A stretch of 32,000 nt of DNA from Planctopirus limnophila DSM 3776 (lineage in GTDB: Bacteria > Planctomycetota > Planctomycetia > Planctomycetales > Planctomycetaceae): positions 5,340,001 to 5,372,000 of the forward strand of contig NC_014148.1 of the NCBI RefSeq assembly GCF_000092105.1, read 5' to 3'. Below the pieces are notes generated by a model. The model made no database searches. It was not told the DNA's origin and saw nothing but the letters and a program-made list of their open reading frames with translations. Shown here in pieces: positions 13,667 through 23,785 of the stretch. Within the stretch, counting starts at the first letter, position 1. Each line of letters opens with the position of its first letter. The position numbers and the translations under genes were made by a program.

Positions 13667-15324
13667 AGACGATCAACTTCTTCGAGAGTGGTTGTGCCGT
13701 CGGCGACGCGCAAAAGTCCTGATTCTCGTAATGTGACCATACCGGCAGTGAGCGCGTAAGAGCGGATTTCTGTCGCAGCGGCCCGGCGAATACATAGCCG
13801 GCCAATTTCAGCATCGGTCAGCAGCAGTTCAAAGATTGCCTGACGACCCGTGTACCCCGTATTGCGACATTCCCGGCAACTTCCCGGTTCGTAGATGAAT
13901 TCACAATCCGGATCGGGAAAATCGTCCGGAAGCATTCCGGGCTTCACCTGGACAGGCACCTTGCAATGTTTGCAAAGTCGGCGGACCAGTCGCTGAGCCA
14001 GCACACCCGCCACCGTACTCGAAACGAGATAAGGTTCCACACCCATATCGACCAGTCGTGCAAAAGCCGACGGGGCATCGTTGGTGTGCAACGTACTGAA
14101 GACCAGGTGACCCGTGAGCGAAGCCTGAATGGCGGCTTCAGCCGTCTCGCTATCGCGAATTTCCCCGATGAGAATCACATCCGGGTCATGACGTAGAATA
14201 CTGCGCAAACCGGCGGCAAACGTCAGGCCGATTTTCGAATGGACCTGAATCTGGCTGATGCCCGGCATCTGGTATTCAACAGGATCTTCGACCGTGATGA
14301 TTTTGACCGACGGGTCTTTGATCTCGTGGAGGGCACTGTACAGCGTCGACGTTTTACCACTACCAGTCGGGCCAGTGACCAGCACAATTCCGTGGGGGAG
14401 TGTGATCAACTGGCGGAAGGGGACATCGACCATGGGCGGCATGCCCACGTTTTTCAGATTAAAGACCATACGGCCTTTATCCAACAGACGCATCACGACC
14501 CCTTCGCCATACAGCATCGGGATAATCGATACGCGTACGTCGATCTCGCGGCCCTTAATCTTGAGCTTGATGCGGCCGTCCTGTGGCAATCGTTTCTCAG
14601 CAATATTCAGCCGGGACATGATCTTGAGCCGGGTGACAATGGCCTGCTGGAACTGATTGATCGAAGGAGGCAATGGCTGAACACGCAGCAAACCATCGAC
14701 GCGGAAGCGGATGATCAGGCCATTTTCCTGTGGCTCGATATGCACATCACTGGCCTGCATTTCGAGAGCTTCGACCAGCAACTCGTTGACCAGCTTGATG
14801 ACCGAGGCCGCTTCAGCGGCATCTTCGAGATCACCAGTCTGTTCGAGTGGTTCACTGAGAAGTTCGACACCATCAGCAGCCCTTTGGGCCACCAGTTGGT
14901 TGAGTGTATCGCCCCCGACACCGAGATGATCCTTAATCATCTCAATCACGTCGAGCTTGCGCGCCAGAACTGGCTCGAGATGAAAGCCACTGACGCTGGA
15001 AAGCTCTTCGAGCGCTTCGAGGTTGAACGGGTCTGATGTGGCGACAATGACACTGCCGTTGTTTCGACCAATGGGCAGCAGAGAGTGCCGGAAGACAGCG
15101 TTCGTGGGGAACTGCATCAGCAGATCGCGATCAATTGCTTCGTGCTTGATATCGACGAAGCGCATCCCCAGTTCCTGGGCAATGGTCTGCAGAACTTGAC
15201 CTTCGTCGGCCCAGCCTTTGTCGATCACCAGTCGATCAACGCGCGCACCGCTGGGGACACCCAGTTCTTTGAGCTGATCAGGAGTAATGACTCCTTTACG
15301 GACCAGTGTCGCCCCGATGTTCAT
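13651..15324 (-). CDS. gspE: Type II secretion / type IV pilus assembly ATPase (GspE/PilB family)
   Basis: 557 aa.
- N-terminal T2SSE_N-like domain: [15 protein letters not shown]...[14 protein letters not shown]
- Walker A: [12 protein letters not shown]
- Walker B / Asp box: [14 protein letters not shown]
- His box: [13 protein letters not shown]
- Tetracysteine: CKHCK...[12 protein letters not shown]
Whether this is GspE or PilB cannot be settled from the sequence alone. Confidence 0.93.
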   Translation of the reverse strand: MNIGATLVRKGVITPDQLKELGVPSGARVDRLVIDKGWADEGQVLQTIAQELGMRFVDIKHEAIDRDLLMQFPTNAVFRHSLLPIGRNNGSVIVATSDPFNLEALEELSSVSGFHLEPVLARKLDVIEMIKDHLGVGGDTLNQLVAQRAADGVELLSEPLEQTGDLEDAAEAASVIKLVNELLVEALEMQASDVHIEPQENGLIIRFRVDGLLRVQPLPPSINQFQQAIVTRLKIMSRLNIAEKRLPQDGRIKLKIKGREIDVRVSIIPMLYGEGVVMRLLDKGRMVFNLKNVGMPPMVDVPFRQLITLPHGIVLVTGPTGSGKTSTLYSALHEIKDPSVKIITVEDPVEYQMPGISQIQVHSKIGLTFAAGLRSILRHDPDVILIGEIRDSETAEAAIQASLTGHLVFSTLHTNDAPSAFARLVDMGVEPYLVSSTVAGVLAQRLVRRLCKHCKVPVQVKPGMLPDDFPDPDCEFIYEPGSCRECRNTGYTGRQAIFELLLTDAEIGRLCIRRAAATEIRSYALTAGMVTLRESGLLRVADGTTTLEEVDRLAKRE

Positions 15325-15483
15325 AATCTCATTTCAGTCGTATCGCAGGTTGGAAGCGCAGAGAGTTGGGCTCTGATCAGTCAGGAATACTTATACCTAT
15401 CATCATCTTCCCGATGGGACAGGGCTGTGAAAAGAGTTCTCCGCAGGATTCACAGGGTTTCTTGAAGCCCGCAGAAACATTCA

Positions 15484-18400
15484 TCAGCGGCCACCACGTC
15501 CTGAACCGCTCCCGCGACCACTGCCGCCAAAGCCTCCACTGCCAAATCCTCCACTCGGGCGACCACCACTACTATTGCTTCCGCCGCCGAAGCCACCAAA
15601 GCCACTGCTGCTACCACCACTCCCCATGCGTTCCCGCATCCGCTGCTCCATGATCCGACGGATGTCATCCTGATTGGGTTGCTGCTGTTCGGGCTGAGGT
15701 GGATTCTGATTGTTGTTATTCCCTGTCGAACTGGAACCACTGCGCGAAGGTCGGCTCCTCGATGAACCACTGACACTGACTTTAGGCATGAGCGATGAAA
15801 TCGACTGTGAAAGAATCGTGGGGTCAGCCTTATCAAGTGTGATGACACGAATCGTTTGCCGGGCGTCTTTAGCACGCTGATCGAGATCGAGAACCAGTTC
15901 CGAAACCTGTTGAAAGAGGGTGTCATTGGCCGAAACGATGAGATGACTGGTGCGGGTATCGACACCAATCGTCATTTCCGGCCCACGCTGGGCACCACGT
16001 CCCTGCTGACCACCTTGTTGCCCCATCAGCATGGCCAGCGGGTTGAAGTCTCCACCGCCGCGGCCACTTCGTCCACCACCTGGCATGGCCTGCGGTGATT
16101 CGAGCTTATCTTTAAAGACTTCGTTCACGATCGAGGCGACTTCTTCCACATCGGCATAGTTGACCGGGATCGAGCGAGGCAGGCGATCGCGGGCGTTTTG
16201 CGGAAGCTCTTCAGCATCGAGAATCTCCAGCATCTGCTCGATTTCTCGCACTTTATCGGCGGGGCCAGAGACAAACAGGGCATTGGCCCGGGTATCGGTA
16301 ATGATCCGCACTGGCTGCGACGCAGAACCCAGCGAATCCAGACCCGTCGCACTGAGCATCCCCCGGCTCATCGATGAAAACCCGCTGGTAAAGCCGCCGA
16401 ACATTCCACCAGAATCAGCCGCAGAGGAAGCGGTCACACTGCTTTGAGGGAAGAGCCTTTCGAGCATGGTGGCGGTTTCGGTGGCATCGGCTGAGCGGAG
16501 ATAAAAGATCGTCCAACGGGTACGGGCGGGAATGGTTTCGGAGAGTGCACTAAAGAGTTCTTCGAGTCGATCGAGTGCATTTGTATCGGGCGAAGTCATG
16601 ATGATTTCATCGCCATTCACAGTCATGGAAACGCCCGGTGACGCTTTCGTGGCTGGCTGGGAATTCGAGTCTTTAGCAGAGGGAATTTCAGCTGATAGCG
16701 CGGGCGTATTTTTGCTTTGCTGATTGCTGGCAGACTCTTCTTCGAGAACGACAGCCTCAGCTTCCTGCTGAGTAGCATCCTGCAGTGTGGAAGTGCGGGA
16801 AACGGTGAGTAAGCGATTTTGTGGGACTGTCGAAGCGATCTCGCGGGAAGGCTGAATCTGCTGTGTGACGGGGAGTTCCCGTGTGACGGGTGAACGCTCG
16901 ACTGGTGGACTTTCTGGAACGGACGTGGGTTCAATCCGGCGGGCACCAGGTGTCTTCAGTTCACGCACAGGGTTTCGAGCCGAAGGCACAACGACACGAA
17001 TGGGGCTTTCTTCAGAAGCGGCCCAGACCTTCTGCATCATCTGCATCACTTCTTCAGGATCGCGGCCACCCAAAGTGAGTGATCGAACCATGCCCTGGCC
17101 GGTGGCCCGTTTGGCTTGCCCAGTCCCATCTTCGCCCAGTTCTGAAAGAAGCGACTTCACCTGAGACAATTGCTCGGGGGTGCCACGAATCATCAGGCGA
17201 TTGCCATAAGCATCGGGTTCAATACTGGGGGCTTCACGGCCTTCGTTCGAGAAGAGCGAACGGAGTGTGTTCGAGGCAGCGACTGGATCAAGTTTCACAA
17301 GGTTAACCACCGCCACCGAAGACGAGGCATTACCCGCCAGTTGCTTCACCAGACGGTCAATTTCGCCATGCTCGTTTTCGTTGGCCTGAATGAAGATTTT
17401 CCCGTAGCGGGTATCTTCGCCCACTACGGTGCCGGGCATAAGTGTGCTGATGGTTTTCACCACCTGTGCCAGATCACTCGAGGTCACCTGATAGACCCGC
17501 AACGAGACAGGAGAATCTTCGGCCAGGGGGCGGCCATCAGCACCACGGTCCACATCAATCGACTTGATGAGATCTTCGACCGTGGGCAGTAACGTGGCAG
17601 GAGCAGCCACCAGAAGCGAGTTGGTCCGAGGATCGGCAGTGACCTGCAGTTTCGCGGCGAGACTGTTCGTGGTCGACGTCGTGCGGGGTGGCGGCTGTTG
17701 TTCACGAGGATCGCGACTGCGGTCATCCCGGCCGCGATCATCCCATCGGCTGCGATCGCTGGAAGAAGACGATGATGAAGTCGTTGTGGTGGCAGAGTTC
17801 GTGGGGAGGCCAAAGAGTCTGCGGACAGTTCGTTCCGCTTCCTGCGAAGAAATGTGCTTCAGGGCAATCGATTTGAAGGTCAGGTCGCGGTTGCCAGTGG
17901 CTCCATCGCTGGTAAGTAAGCGATAGATACGACGAAGATTCGAACCAATATCAGTGACGACCACCGAGTTGGTGTTTTTGAGAGCCGAGACTTTCCCCTG
18001 CGGGCCCACCAGTTCGCGAATTTCGTTAGCAGCCACTTCGGCATCGAGCCCGGAGAGGGGAATTACAACGGACATCAGTTCGTTTTTGCCCCGGTTATCG
18101 AGTTCTTCAGGAAGCACATCGGGAACCAGATTGGGTGGAATACCAGACGAGATGTTGGCCACCACAAGAAACTGATCGCGACGCACCAGCACAAAGCCCT
18201 TGGGGAGCAAATAGCCATTGAGGATGTCGAGAGCTTCGATCGGCGTGTAGCGACGACCGTCGAGATAGTTGAATGTGCCCGGCGGAATCTCTGTGAGATC
18301 AAGAGTAAGCCCGGCCTTCGTGGCGAACAACTGCAAGACATCGGCCCAGGGGGCATAACGAAAGCTGAATGAGAATGGCCGCTCGGGGTCGACAGCCGGT

Positions 18401-18984
18401 GAGATCGAGGCGGGCTGAGGATTGAAGCTGGCTTCGATCTTGGGAGCAATGACCGGCTTGGGCAGGGCATTGGGTGCTGCCGGCGTTGTGGGTGCTGTCG
18501 GAGTTGCTGCAGGAGCAGTGCCGGTTGCGGGCGTGGTCGATGGACCTGTTGGCGATTGTGATCCGGATGTCGTGGGTGCTCCAGATGCAGTAGGTGCTCC
18601 AGGGGTTGCAGCCGGTTTCGTGGCTTCAGCAGCGGGAGTTGAGGGTGCCGAAGAAGCAGCCTCAGTCCCCTGCGGTTCGAGCTTGCCTGGCTGCGTGGAC
18701 TCTGTGGAACTTTTCGGTTGATCGTCGCTGGTTTCGGTGACTGCTGTCCCTGTTGGAGCGGGACTGGCCGTTTCCTGAGCGAAAGCTGCCACTGACCATG
18801 GCAGGGCAGTGAGAGGAACGGCTCGACCGACATCATCGGCACTGGTTAGCAGCGCAGGAAGAAATGCCGTCAGCACACAGCCCGCAACCAGTCGGCAAGC
18901 CGCCATAAATCCGAGTGTCCCAAAAACTCCATAAGAGGTGATTGATGACTGCTCAGAAGATTTCAGGGAGCACTTCCCGTCCAT
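15484..18984 (-). CDS. GspD-like protein with N0 and multiple secretin N-domains, long low-complexity regions and no recognisable secretin beta-barrel
   Basis: N0-like segment: FSFSFRYAPWADVLQLFATKAGLTLDL...YTPIEALDILNGYLLPKGFVLV. Repeated N-domain signatures follow:
- VVVTDIGSNLRRIYRLL
- VTADPRTNSLLVAAPATLLPTVEDLIKSID
- IEPDAYGNRLMIRGTPEQLSQVKSLL
- IITDTRANALFVSGPADKVREIEQMLEILD
- IGVDTRTSHLIVSANDTLFQQVSELVLDLD
I favour the start at the ATG at 18984, which has AAGGA 6 nt upstream and precedes a hydrophobic signal-like segment, FMAACRLVAGCVLTAFLPALL. The track start is 19059. Confidence 0.8.
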   Translation of the reverse strand: MDGKCSLKSSEQSSITSYGVFGTLGFMAACRLVAGCVLTAFLPALLTSADDVGRAVPLTALPWSVAAFAQETASPAPTGTAVTETSDDQPKSSTESTQPGKLEPQGTEAASSAPSTPAAEATKPAATPGAPTASGAPTTSGSQSPTGPSTTPATGTAPAATPTAPTTPAAPNALPKPVIAPKIEASFNPQPASISPAVDPERPFSFSFRYAPWADVLQLFATKAGLTLDLTEIPPGTFNYLDGRRYTPIEALDILNGYLLPKGFVLVRRDQFLVVANISSGIPPNLVPDVLPEELDNRGKNELMSVVIPLSGLDAEVAANEIRELVGPQGKVSALKNTNSVVVTDIGSNLRRIYRLLTSDGATGNRDLTFKSIALKHISSQEAERTVRRLFGLPTNSATTTTSSSSSSSDRSRWDDRGRDDRSRDPREQQPPPRTTSTTNSLAAKLQVTADPRTNSLLVAAPATLLPTVEDLIKSIDVDRGADGRPLAEDSPVSLRVYQVTSSDLAQVVKTISTLMPGTVVGEDTRYGKIFIQANENEHGEIDRLVKQLAGNASSSVAVVNLVKLDPVAASNTLRSLFSNEGREAPSIEPDAYGNRLMIRGTPEQLSQVKSLLSELGEDGTGQAKRATGQGMVRSLTLGGRDPEEVMQMMQKVWAASEESPIRVVVPSARNPVRELKTPGARRIEPTSVPESPPVERSPVTRELPVTQQIQPSREIASTVPQNRLLTVSRTSTLQDATQQEAEAVVLEEESASNQQSKNTPALSAEIPSAKDSNSQPATKASPGVSMTVNGDEIIMTSPDTNALDRLEELFSALSETIPARTRWTIFYLRSADATETATMLERLFPQSSVTASSAADSGGMFGGFTSGFSSMSRGMLSATGLDSLGSASQPVRIITDTRANALFVSGPADKVREIEQMLEILDAEELPQNARDRLPRSIPVNYADVEEVASIVNEVFKDKLESPQAMPGGGRSGRGGGDFNPLAMLMGQQGGQQGRGAQRGPEMTIGVDTRTSHLIVSANDTLFQQVSELVLDLDQRAKDARQTIRVITLDKADPTILSQSISSLMPKVSVSGSSRSRPSRSGSSSTGNNNNQNPPQPEQQQPNQDDIRRIMEQRMRERMGSGGSSSGFGGFGGGSNSSGGRPSGGFGSGGFGGSGRGSGSGRGGR

Positions 18985-19551
18985 GCCACATCCTTTGCCC
19001 GGGCATCCTCTGCAGAACGAGCTCGTTCTTTTCTTGCAAGAACGCAGCCAGAGAATCACCAGAGCGGTCTCAAAAATTACTAAACAAATACTATTTAATA
19101 GTCAAAACGCGGGAAGGCCGGATCACTCAGACTGCCGCCCCATACTGATTCAAACCTTCGCCAGGGGAGTGAAGTTTCGGTAAAACCCTCCATTTTTTCG
19201 GCAGATGGAGTTTTCGATGGTCTAGGCAACAAGGATAATTTGCATACGATAGCGAACCTTAAGTTGTCTTTTCCGATTGTAGCGTCGATATTTTGGCGAC
19301 TCCTGCCCGCGAGAGGCCTCGCCTGAGACGGCAAAAAATCATGTAACTGATTACTGTGTATATTTTTACAATTATTTCGATCTCTGGGAGATGGAGCGTT
19401 TCCTAGAAAACCACTATTCTCGTCTCAGAAAAAGAATCGACTGTTCGGAAACTACGGCTTCGCGCGCGATCAGTTCAAAATATGCTCAAATAGACAGATC
19501 CGGGCCGTGAACGGGATGTCGGAGACGACAAACGAACTCACCCATGCTGCC

Positions 19552-20700
19552 TCATTCTGCGTGGCGACTGCCGCCTTGCTTATCAAAGCTTCTCAGCCAG
19601 CCTTTCCGCCAGAAAAAGACTAAAAATCCACCTGCAATCAGAGCCATCGCCAACAGGCAGAGCGGGTACCCCCAGGGATCTTTCACTTCCGGCATGTGCT
19701 CGAAATTCATCCCATACACACCCGCCACGAAAGTGACCGGAAGAAACAATGTCGAAATAATCGTGAGCGTTCGCATCACGTCATTCGTGCGGCTGCTGAC
19801 AATGTTGTAGTAGTAGTCGCGGAGATCACCACACGTTTCGCGGTAGATGTCAAGAATATCCATGATCTGCACCACGTGGTCATAGCCATCACGCAAGTAC
19901 AGCAAGGTTTCCCGACCAATCTGCTGGAATTCTCCGCGTAAGAGATGTTGAATCGCTTCCCGCAAGGGCCAGGCCGCCCTGCGCAATTGCAGGAGGTCGA
20001 TCCGATGATCGTGAATGCGACGCAAAGATTCAGGATTGGGCTGACCTTGAACCGCCTCTTCGATCCGGTCGAGATCTTCACCCATCCCTTCGATCACCGG
20101 AAAGTAGCTGTCAATGACCGCATCGAGAAGTTCGTAAAGCAGATAATCGACGCCGAGTGTCCGCGTGCGTCCACGGCCTGATTTCAGGCGTTCGCGCACA
20201 TTGTCGAAACAGTCGCCTTCGAGATCCTCCTGAAATGTGAGCAGGATACTCCCCACCAGGACAAAGCTGATCTGCTCACTTCGAAAGGGTGGCCCCAGCA
20301 CTCGCCGGGCGACAATGAATAACTGGTCGTCGTAGTTATCGACCTTTGCTCGCTGATGGGTATTGACCACATCTTCCATGGCGAGCGGGTGGATTTTGAA
20401 ATCGTTAGCGAGCGATTTGAGGAGTTCGGCATCGCCATAACCATCGATATTCAGCCAGTGTACGCGATCAGGAATCAGCAGGCTGGGAAGCTGTTCGATC
20501 GAGAAATCAGCGGCTTCGCGATAATCGCTAAGGGAATAGGAAATGAGTTCCATGCGGGCGGGCCGCTGCTCGTGAGGTGTAATCGTCCCCGGCTGAAGCC
20601 CGACCGCCGTCCGCCGGCGAAACCAGCGTCTGCGAATTTCCCCCTTACGTGAATTTGCCGGTATAGATGCAGCAGCCACATCAATTGAGGAAGAAGACAT
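19552..20700 (-). CDS. corA: CorA-family magnesium/cobalt transporter
   Basis: It has the C-terminal signature VAGVYGMNFEHMPE (GMN motif) between two TM helices, and a typical cytoplasmic N-domain. I favour the ATG at 20700. The track start at 20727 is a TTG. Confidence 0.9.
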   Translation of the reverse strand: MSSSSIDVAAASIPANSRKGEIRRRWFRRRTAVGLQPGTITPHEQRPARMELISYSLSDYREAADFSIEQLPSLLIPDRVHWLNIDGYGDAELLKSLANDFKIHPLAMEDVVNTHQRAKVDNYDDQLFIVARRVLGPPFRSEQISFVLVGSILLTFQEDLEGDCFDNVRERLKSGRGRTRTLGVDYLLYELLDAVIDSYFPVIEGMGEDLDRIEEAVQGQPNPESLRRIHDHRIDLLQLRRAAWPLREAIQHLLRGEFQQIGRETLLYLRDGYDHVVQIMDILDIYRETCGDLRDYYYNIVSSRTNDVMRTLTIISTLFLPVTFVAGVYGMNFEHMPEVKDPWGYPLCLLAMALIAGGFLVFFWRKGWLRSFDKQGGSRHAE

Positions 20701-21086
20701 GCGTTTCCCTGCAAAAGTTCTTTTCAAGCCGCCCTGTCAGATTCGAGCCGCTCTGATGAGTGGATTCTGGTCATCGACTGGATTGTGCCTGAGATCACTC
20801 CCGATTAGCCAGAGTGAAAATCGCCAGCCTGAAATTGACCAGGGGGATCTCGATGGACATGAACTCTCACAGAAACAAATCGTTGGCTGAGTAAAAAAAT
20901 CCTCAGCACGACGGGGGCTTCTGCCAGAGCTATCTGAAGAACGGCTGAATCCCGGATGGGCAATTCCGGCCGACAATAGCGAAGTCCACCACGCCTTGGC
21001 ACAATCAGCAGACCGGGCCATTGGTGAAAACTTATTGATGAGTGACTGATTCCTGAAGCATGGCCAGTTGATCAAGAGAGGCTTGT

Positions 21087-22082
21087 GTGAGCGGGTACGT
21101 TGTGATTCAGCGAAATCCTCATTCGGGAACGCATCGCCGCTCGCATGTTCTTCTGGATCTGATCGCCGGGTTGAAAAGAGCGGGGCTTAAGCCGCGACTA
21201 TTTTCCAATCGATCTCGGCTCGATGAGTTTGTCCTGCGCCATCAAACAGCCGGAGATTTGGTGGCGATGGTGGCGGCTGGTGGTGATGGGACAGTTGATG
21301 ATCTGCTCAACAGACATCCCGAGTTACCATTGGCCATACTTCCTTTAGGAACCGAGAATCTGCTGGCTCGCTATCTGGGGTTTCGGCTTGACGGAAGTTG
21401 GCTGGCAAAGATCATCGCCCTGGGCCATGTGCGGGAAATGGATCTGGCCCGGGCGAATGGGCGTCTGTTCTGCACTGTGGCCAGCGCGGGTTTTGATGCG
21501 TCGATTGTGCGCGACGTGCACTCCCGCCGCTCGGGGCATGCGAACCGCTGGAGCTATTTTTTCTCGTTTCTCAGACATCTGTTCTCGTATCGTTTTCCCG
21601 TTATGGACGTGACCGTGCACTCTTCGCGGGGAGTGGAGAAACATTCCGCTACGCAATTGTTTGTCAGCAATGTCCCTCGTTACGCCATGCAACTGCCGGT
21701 TGGTCGGGGTGGCGATGAAGCCGATGGTCTGCTGGAAGTCGAACTGATTTCGATCAGCCATATCGGGGCACTGCTGTGGGTGCTGGGCTGGATGTTTTTG
21801 GGAAAAACTTCAGGAGTCAGGCTGCAGGCAACCGAGTTGATCATCACTTCTTCGCGGGATGCAACCATTCCTTTCGAGGTCGATGGAGACCCAGCCGGAG
21901 AGACACCCATGCATTTGACGATTTCTCCACGCGGGTTAAAGCTGATCGATACTCGTTCGGCCCAGAGTTCCAAAAGTGTGGCTGCGATGCCCGTCAATCG
22001 CAGCACGGCACAGCCGGGTACACACACATGCGGAAAAACTTCCGGAGATTGCAAGCTTATCAGTCCCTGCAATCCTGTCTGA
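21087..22082 (+). CDS. Diacylglycerol kinase catalytic-domain (YegS/LCB5-like) lipid kinase
   Basis: VAAGGDGTVDDLLN is the DAGK GGDGT motif and PLAILPLGTENLLAR is the following GT.N motif. The start is a GTG at 21087 with agagagg upstream. The C-terminal ~50 aa are low-complexity and may be over-extended or species-specific. Confidence 0.8.
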   Translation: MSGYVVIQRNPHSGTHRRSHVLLDLIAGLKRAGLKPRLFSNRSRLDEFVLRHQTAGDLVAMVAAGGDGTVDDLLNRHPELPLAILPLGTENLLARYLGFRLDGSWLAKIIALGHVREMDLARANGRLFCTVASAGFDASIVRDVHSRRSGHANRWSYFFSFLRHLFSYRFPVMDVTVHSSRGVEKHSATQLFVSNVPRYAMQLPVGRGGDEADGLLEVELISISHIGALLWVLGWMFLGKTSGVRLQATELIITSSRDATIPFEVDGDPAGETPMHLTISPRGLKLIDTRSAQSSKSVAAMPVNRSTAQPGTHTCGKTSGDCKLISPCNPV

Positions 22083-22165
22083 CACTTCGCTATAGTGATT
22101 TTCTGGTTCGAAGAGGCCTTTTGACTGACGATCGACTGACTGTTTACTGAATCATTTTCGCAGGG

Positions 22166-23032
22166 ATGCACGCGATGTTGCCAAGTCTTGATAACCCGAT
22201 CGAAATCGGCTCTTACCGCTGTGGAAAGGGACAACCACTGCTGTTTGTAATCGGCCCTTGTGTGATTGAATCACATGATTTGATTACGAAAGTTTCTGGT
22301 GAACTGGCCGAACTGGCCGCTAAGAAGAATCTGCAGATTGTCTTCAAATCGAGCTTCGATAAAGCGAATCGCACCAGTGGCGATAGTTTTCGCGGGCCAG
22401 GGATGGAGCGAGGGCTCGAAATTCTGGCCAGAGCCCGCGAAGCCACAGGTTTGCCGATTACAACCGATCTGCATGAGCCGTCTCAGGCCGAACCTGTCGC
22501 CAAGGTGTGTGATATTCTGCAGATCCCCGCTTTTCTGGCCCGGCAGACTGATCTGGTCGAAGCCTCTGCTCAGGCGGCCGCCAAGTTTGGCCGGGTGATC
22601 AACGTTAAAAAGCCTCAGTTCGTGGCACCCGAAGATATGGTGCATGCAGTCAAAAAGTGCAAATCGGTCGGTTGCCACAAAGTGATTCTGACAGATCGCG
22701 GCACGATGTTCGGCTACGGACGGCTGGTCAACGATTTTCGCTGTGTGCCGGTCATGCACGGCTTTGGTGTCCCGGTGATGTTCGACGCCACGCACAGTGT
22801 GCAGATGCCAGGGGGAAGTACGACTGGTGGCAATCGCGCGCTGGTTCCTTTCCTGGCGCGAGCTGCTGTGGCCTGTGGGGTTGATGCCGTTTTCCTTGAA
22901 ACGCATCCTGATCCTGATCGCGCCTTAAGTGATGGGCCCAATCAGGTGGCTCTCGCCGATCTGCCGGGGGTCATCCATCAACTCGTGCGATTGCGTGAGC
23001 TGACTCTGGAGTTGACTGCTGACGAACGATGA
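22166..23032 (+). CDS. kdsA: 3-deoxy-8-phosphooctulonate (KDO-8-P) synthase
   Basis: 288 aa, with [52 protein letters not shown] and [12 protein letters not shown], all characteristic of KdsA. Confidence 0.92.
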   Translation: MHAMLPSLDNPIEIGSYRCGKGQPLLFVIGPCVIESHDLITKVSGELAELAAKKNLQIVFKSSFDKANRTSGDSFRGPGMERGLEILARAREATGLPITTDLHEPSQAEPVAKVCDILQIPAFLARQTDLVEASAQAAAKFGRVINVKKPQFVAPEDMVHAVKKCKSVGCHKVILTDRGTMFGYGRLVNDFRCVPVMHGFGVPVMFDATHSVQMPGGSTTGGNRALVPFLARAAVACGVDAVFLETHPDPDRALSDGPNQVALADLPGVIHQLVRLRELTLELTADER

Positions 23033-23105
23033 CAATTGTGAGATGCTGGAACCTGCCAGCTTTTCATGCTAAAAACGGGAGCTCAGACGTATTTCGGGGG
23101 AGGAT

Positions 23106-23642
23106 ATGGTCTACAACCCGCGACGAATTCGAGAACGCAGGCTCGATGCAGCCCGAGGGTATCTGTTGCTGGAAATGCCTCAGCCAGCCCTTGCCGAGCT
23201 GGCACAAATTCAAGATCCCGGCCCGCAGAAGTTTGAATTCCATCTGCTGAAAGGCGAATGCTTCCGTGCTCTAAAACGACACGAGGAAGCGTTAAGCGAG
23301 TTTGAAGAAGCCCACCATCTGCATCCCAGCGATCTCGATGTCCTCATGGGGATGGCCTGGTGCTTCAAACGCACCAGCCAGTTACTGCGGGCGATTGACA
23401 CGATGCATTCGGCATACGCCTCGCATGCGGAAGAACCAGTCGTCCTTTACAATCTTTCGTGCTATTACGCACTGGTAGGGCAGCGTGAACAGGCTTTGAG
23501 CTGGCTGGGCCGGGCTTTGCGGATGAATCGTGAACTTTTGAAGCTCGTTCCTGAGGAAACGGATTTTGATCCAATTCGCGAAGATGCCGAGTTCCGTCTG
23601 CTGATTCATCTGGCGGCTTCAAGCAAATCCGCTACGAAATAG
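23106..23642 (+). CDS. TPR-repeat protein
   Basis: 178 aa with GGAGG upstream of the ATG. TPR-like 34-aa helical pairs are visible: LLKGECFRALKRHEEALSEFEEAHHLHPSD and YNLSCYYALVGQREQALSWLGRALRMN. Confidence 0.7.
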   Translation: MVYNPRRIRERRLDAARGYLLLEMPQPALAELAQIQDPGPQKFEFHLLKGECFRALKRHEEALSEFEEAHHLHPSDLDVLMGMAWCFKRTSQLLRAIDTMHSAYASHAEEPVVLYNLSCYYALVGQREQALSWLGRALRMNRELLKLVPEETDFDPIREDAEFRLLIHLAASSKSATK

Positions 23643-23785
23643 GCACTCTGCGACGAAACTGGCATGACGAGTCTGGGATCAAGTGCGGCCTCTCCTGCAG
23701 CCGCCACAGGAAAAATCGTCGCTTCGCCCGCTAACTTGTTCATAACGACGCACTCAGTCACAATAGGCCAAAAGGACTGCTGTGC

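Noticed and set aside
14239-15036. 265-aa plus-strand ORF antisense to gspE, along with 14258..14656 and other smaller ones
   Set aside because: This is a shadow ORF opposite a gene with unambiguous Walker A/B, His-box and Cys motifs. It has no SD and no recognisable motifs.
18075-18842. 255-aa ORF on the minus strand, nested inside the gspD-like gene in another frame
   Set aside because: It lies entirely within a longer ORF that has clear domain signatures. Its product is Pro/Arg/Leu/Gln-rich low-complexity sequence, typical of an alternative frame of a P/T/A-rich coding region.
20728-21086. Possible Mg-sensing (M-box) riboswitch upstream of corA
   Set aside because: The position is suggestive. 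However, I cannot identify the conserved M-box helices or sequence boxes by eye, so I make no claim. An Infernal/Rfam scan would settle it.
21680-22906. Antisense ORFs of 184 aa (21680..22234) and 211 aa (22271..22906)
   Set aside because: They lie opposite the DAG-kinase-like and kdsA genes, both of which have strong family signatures. These are shadow frames.
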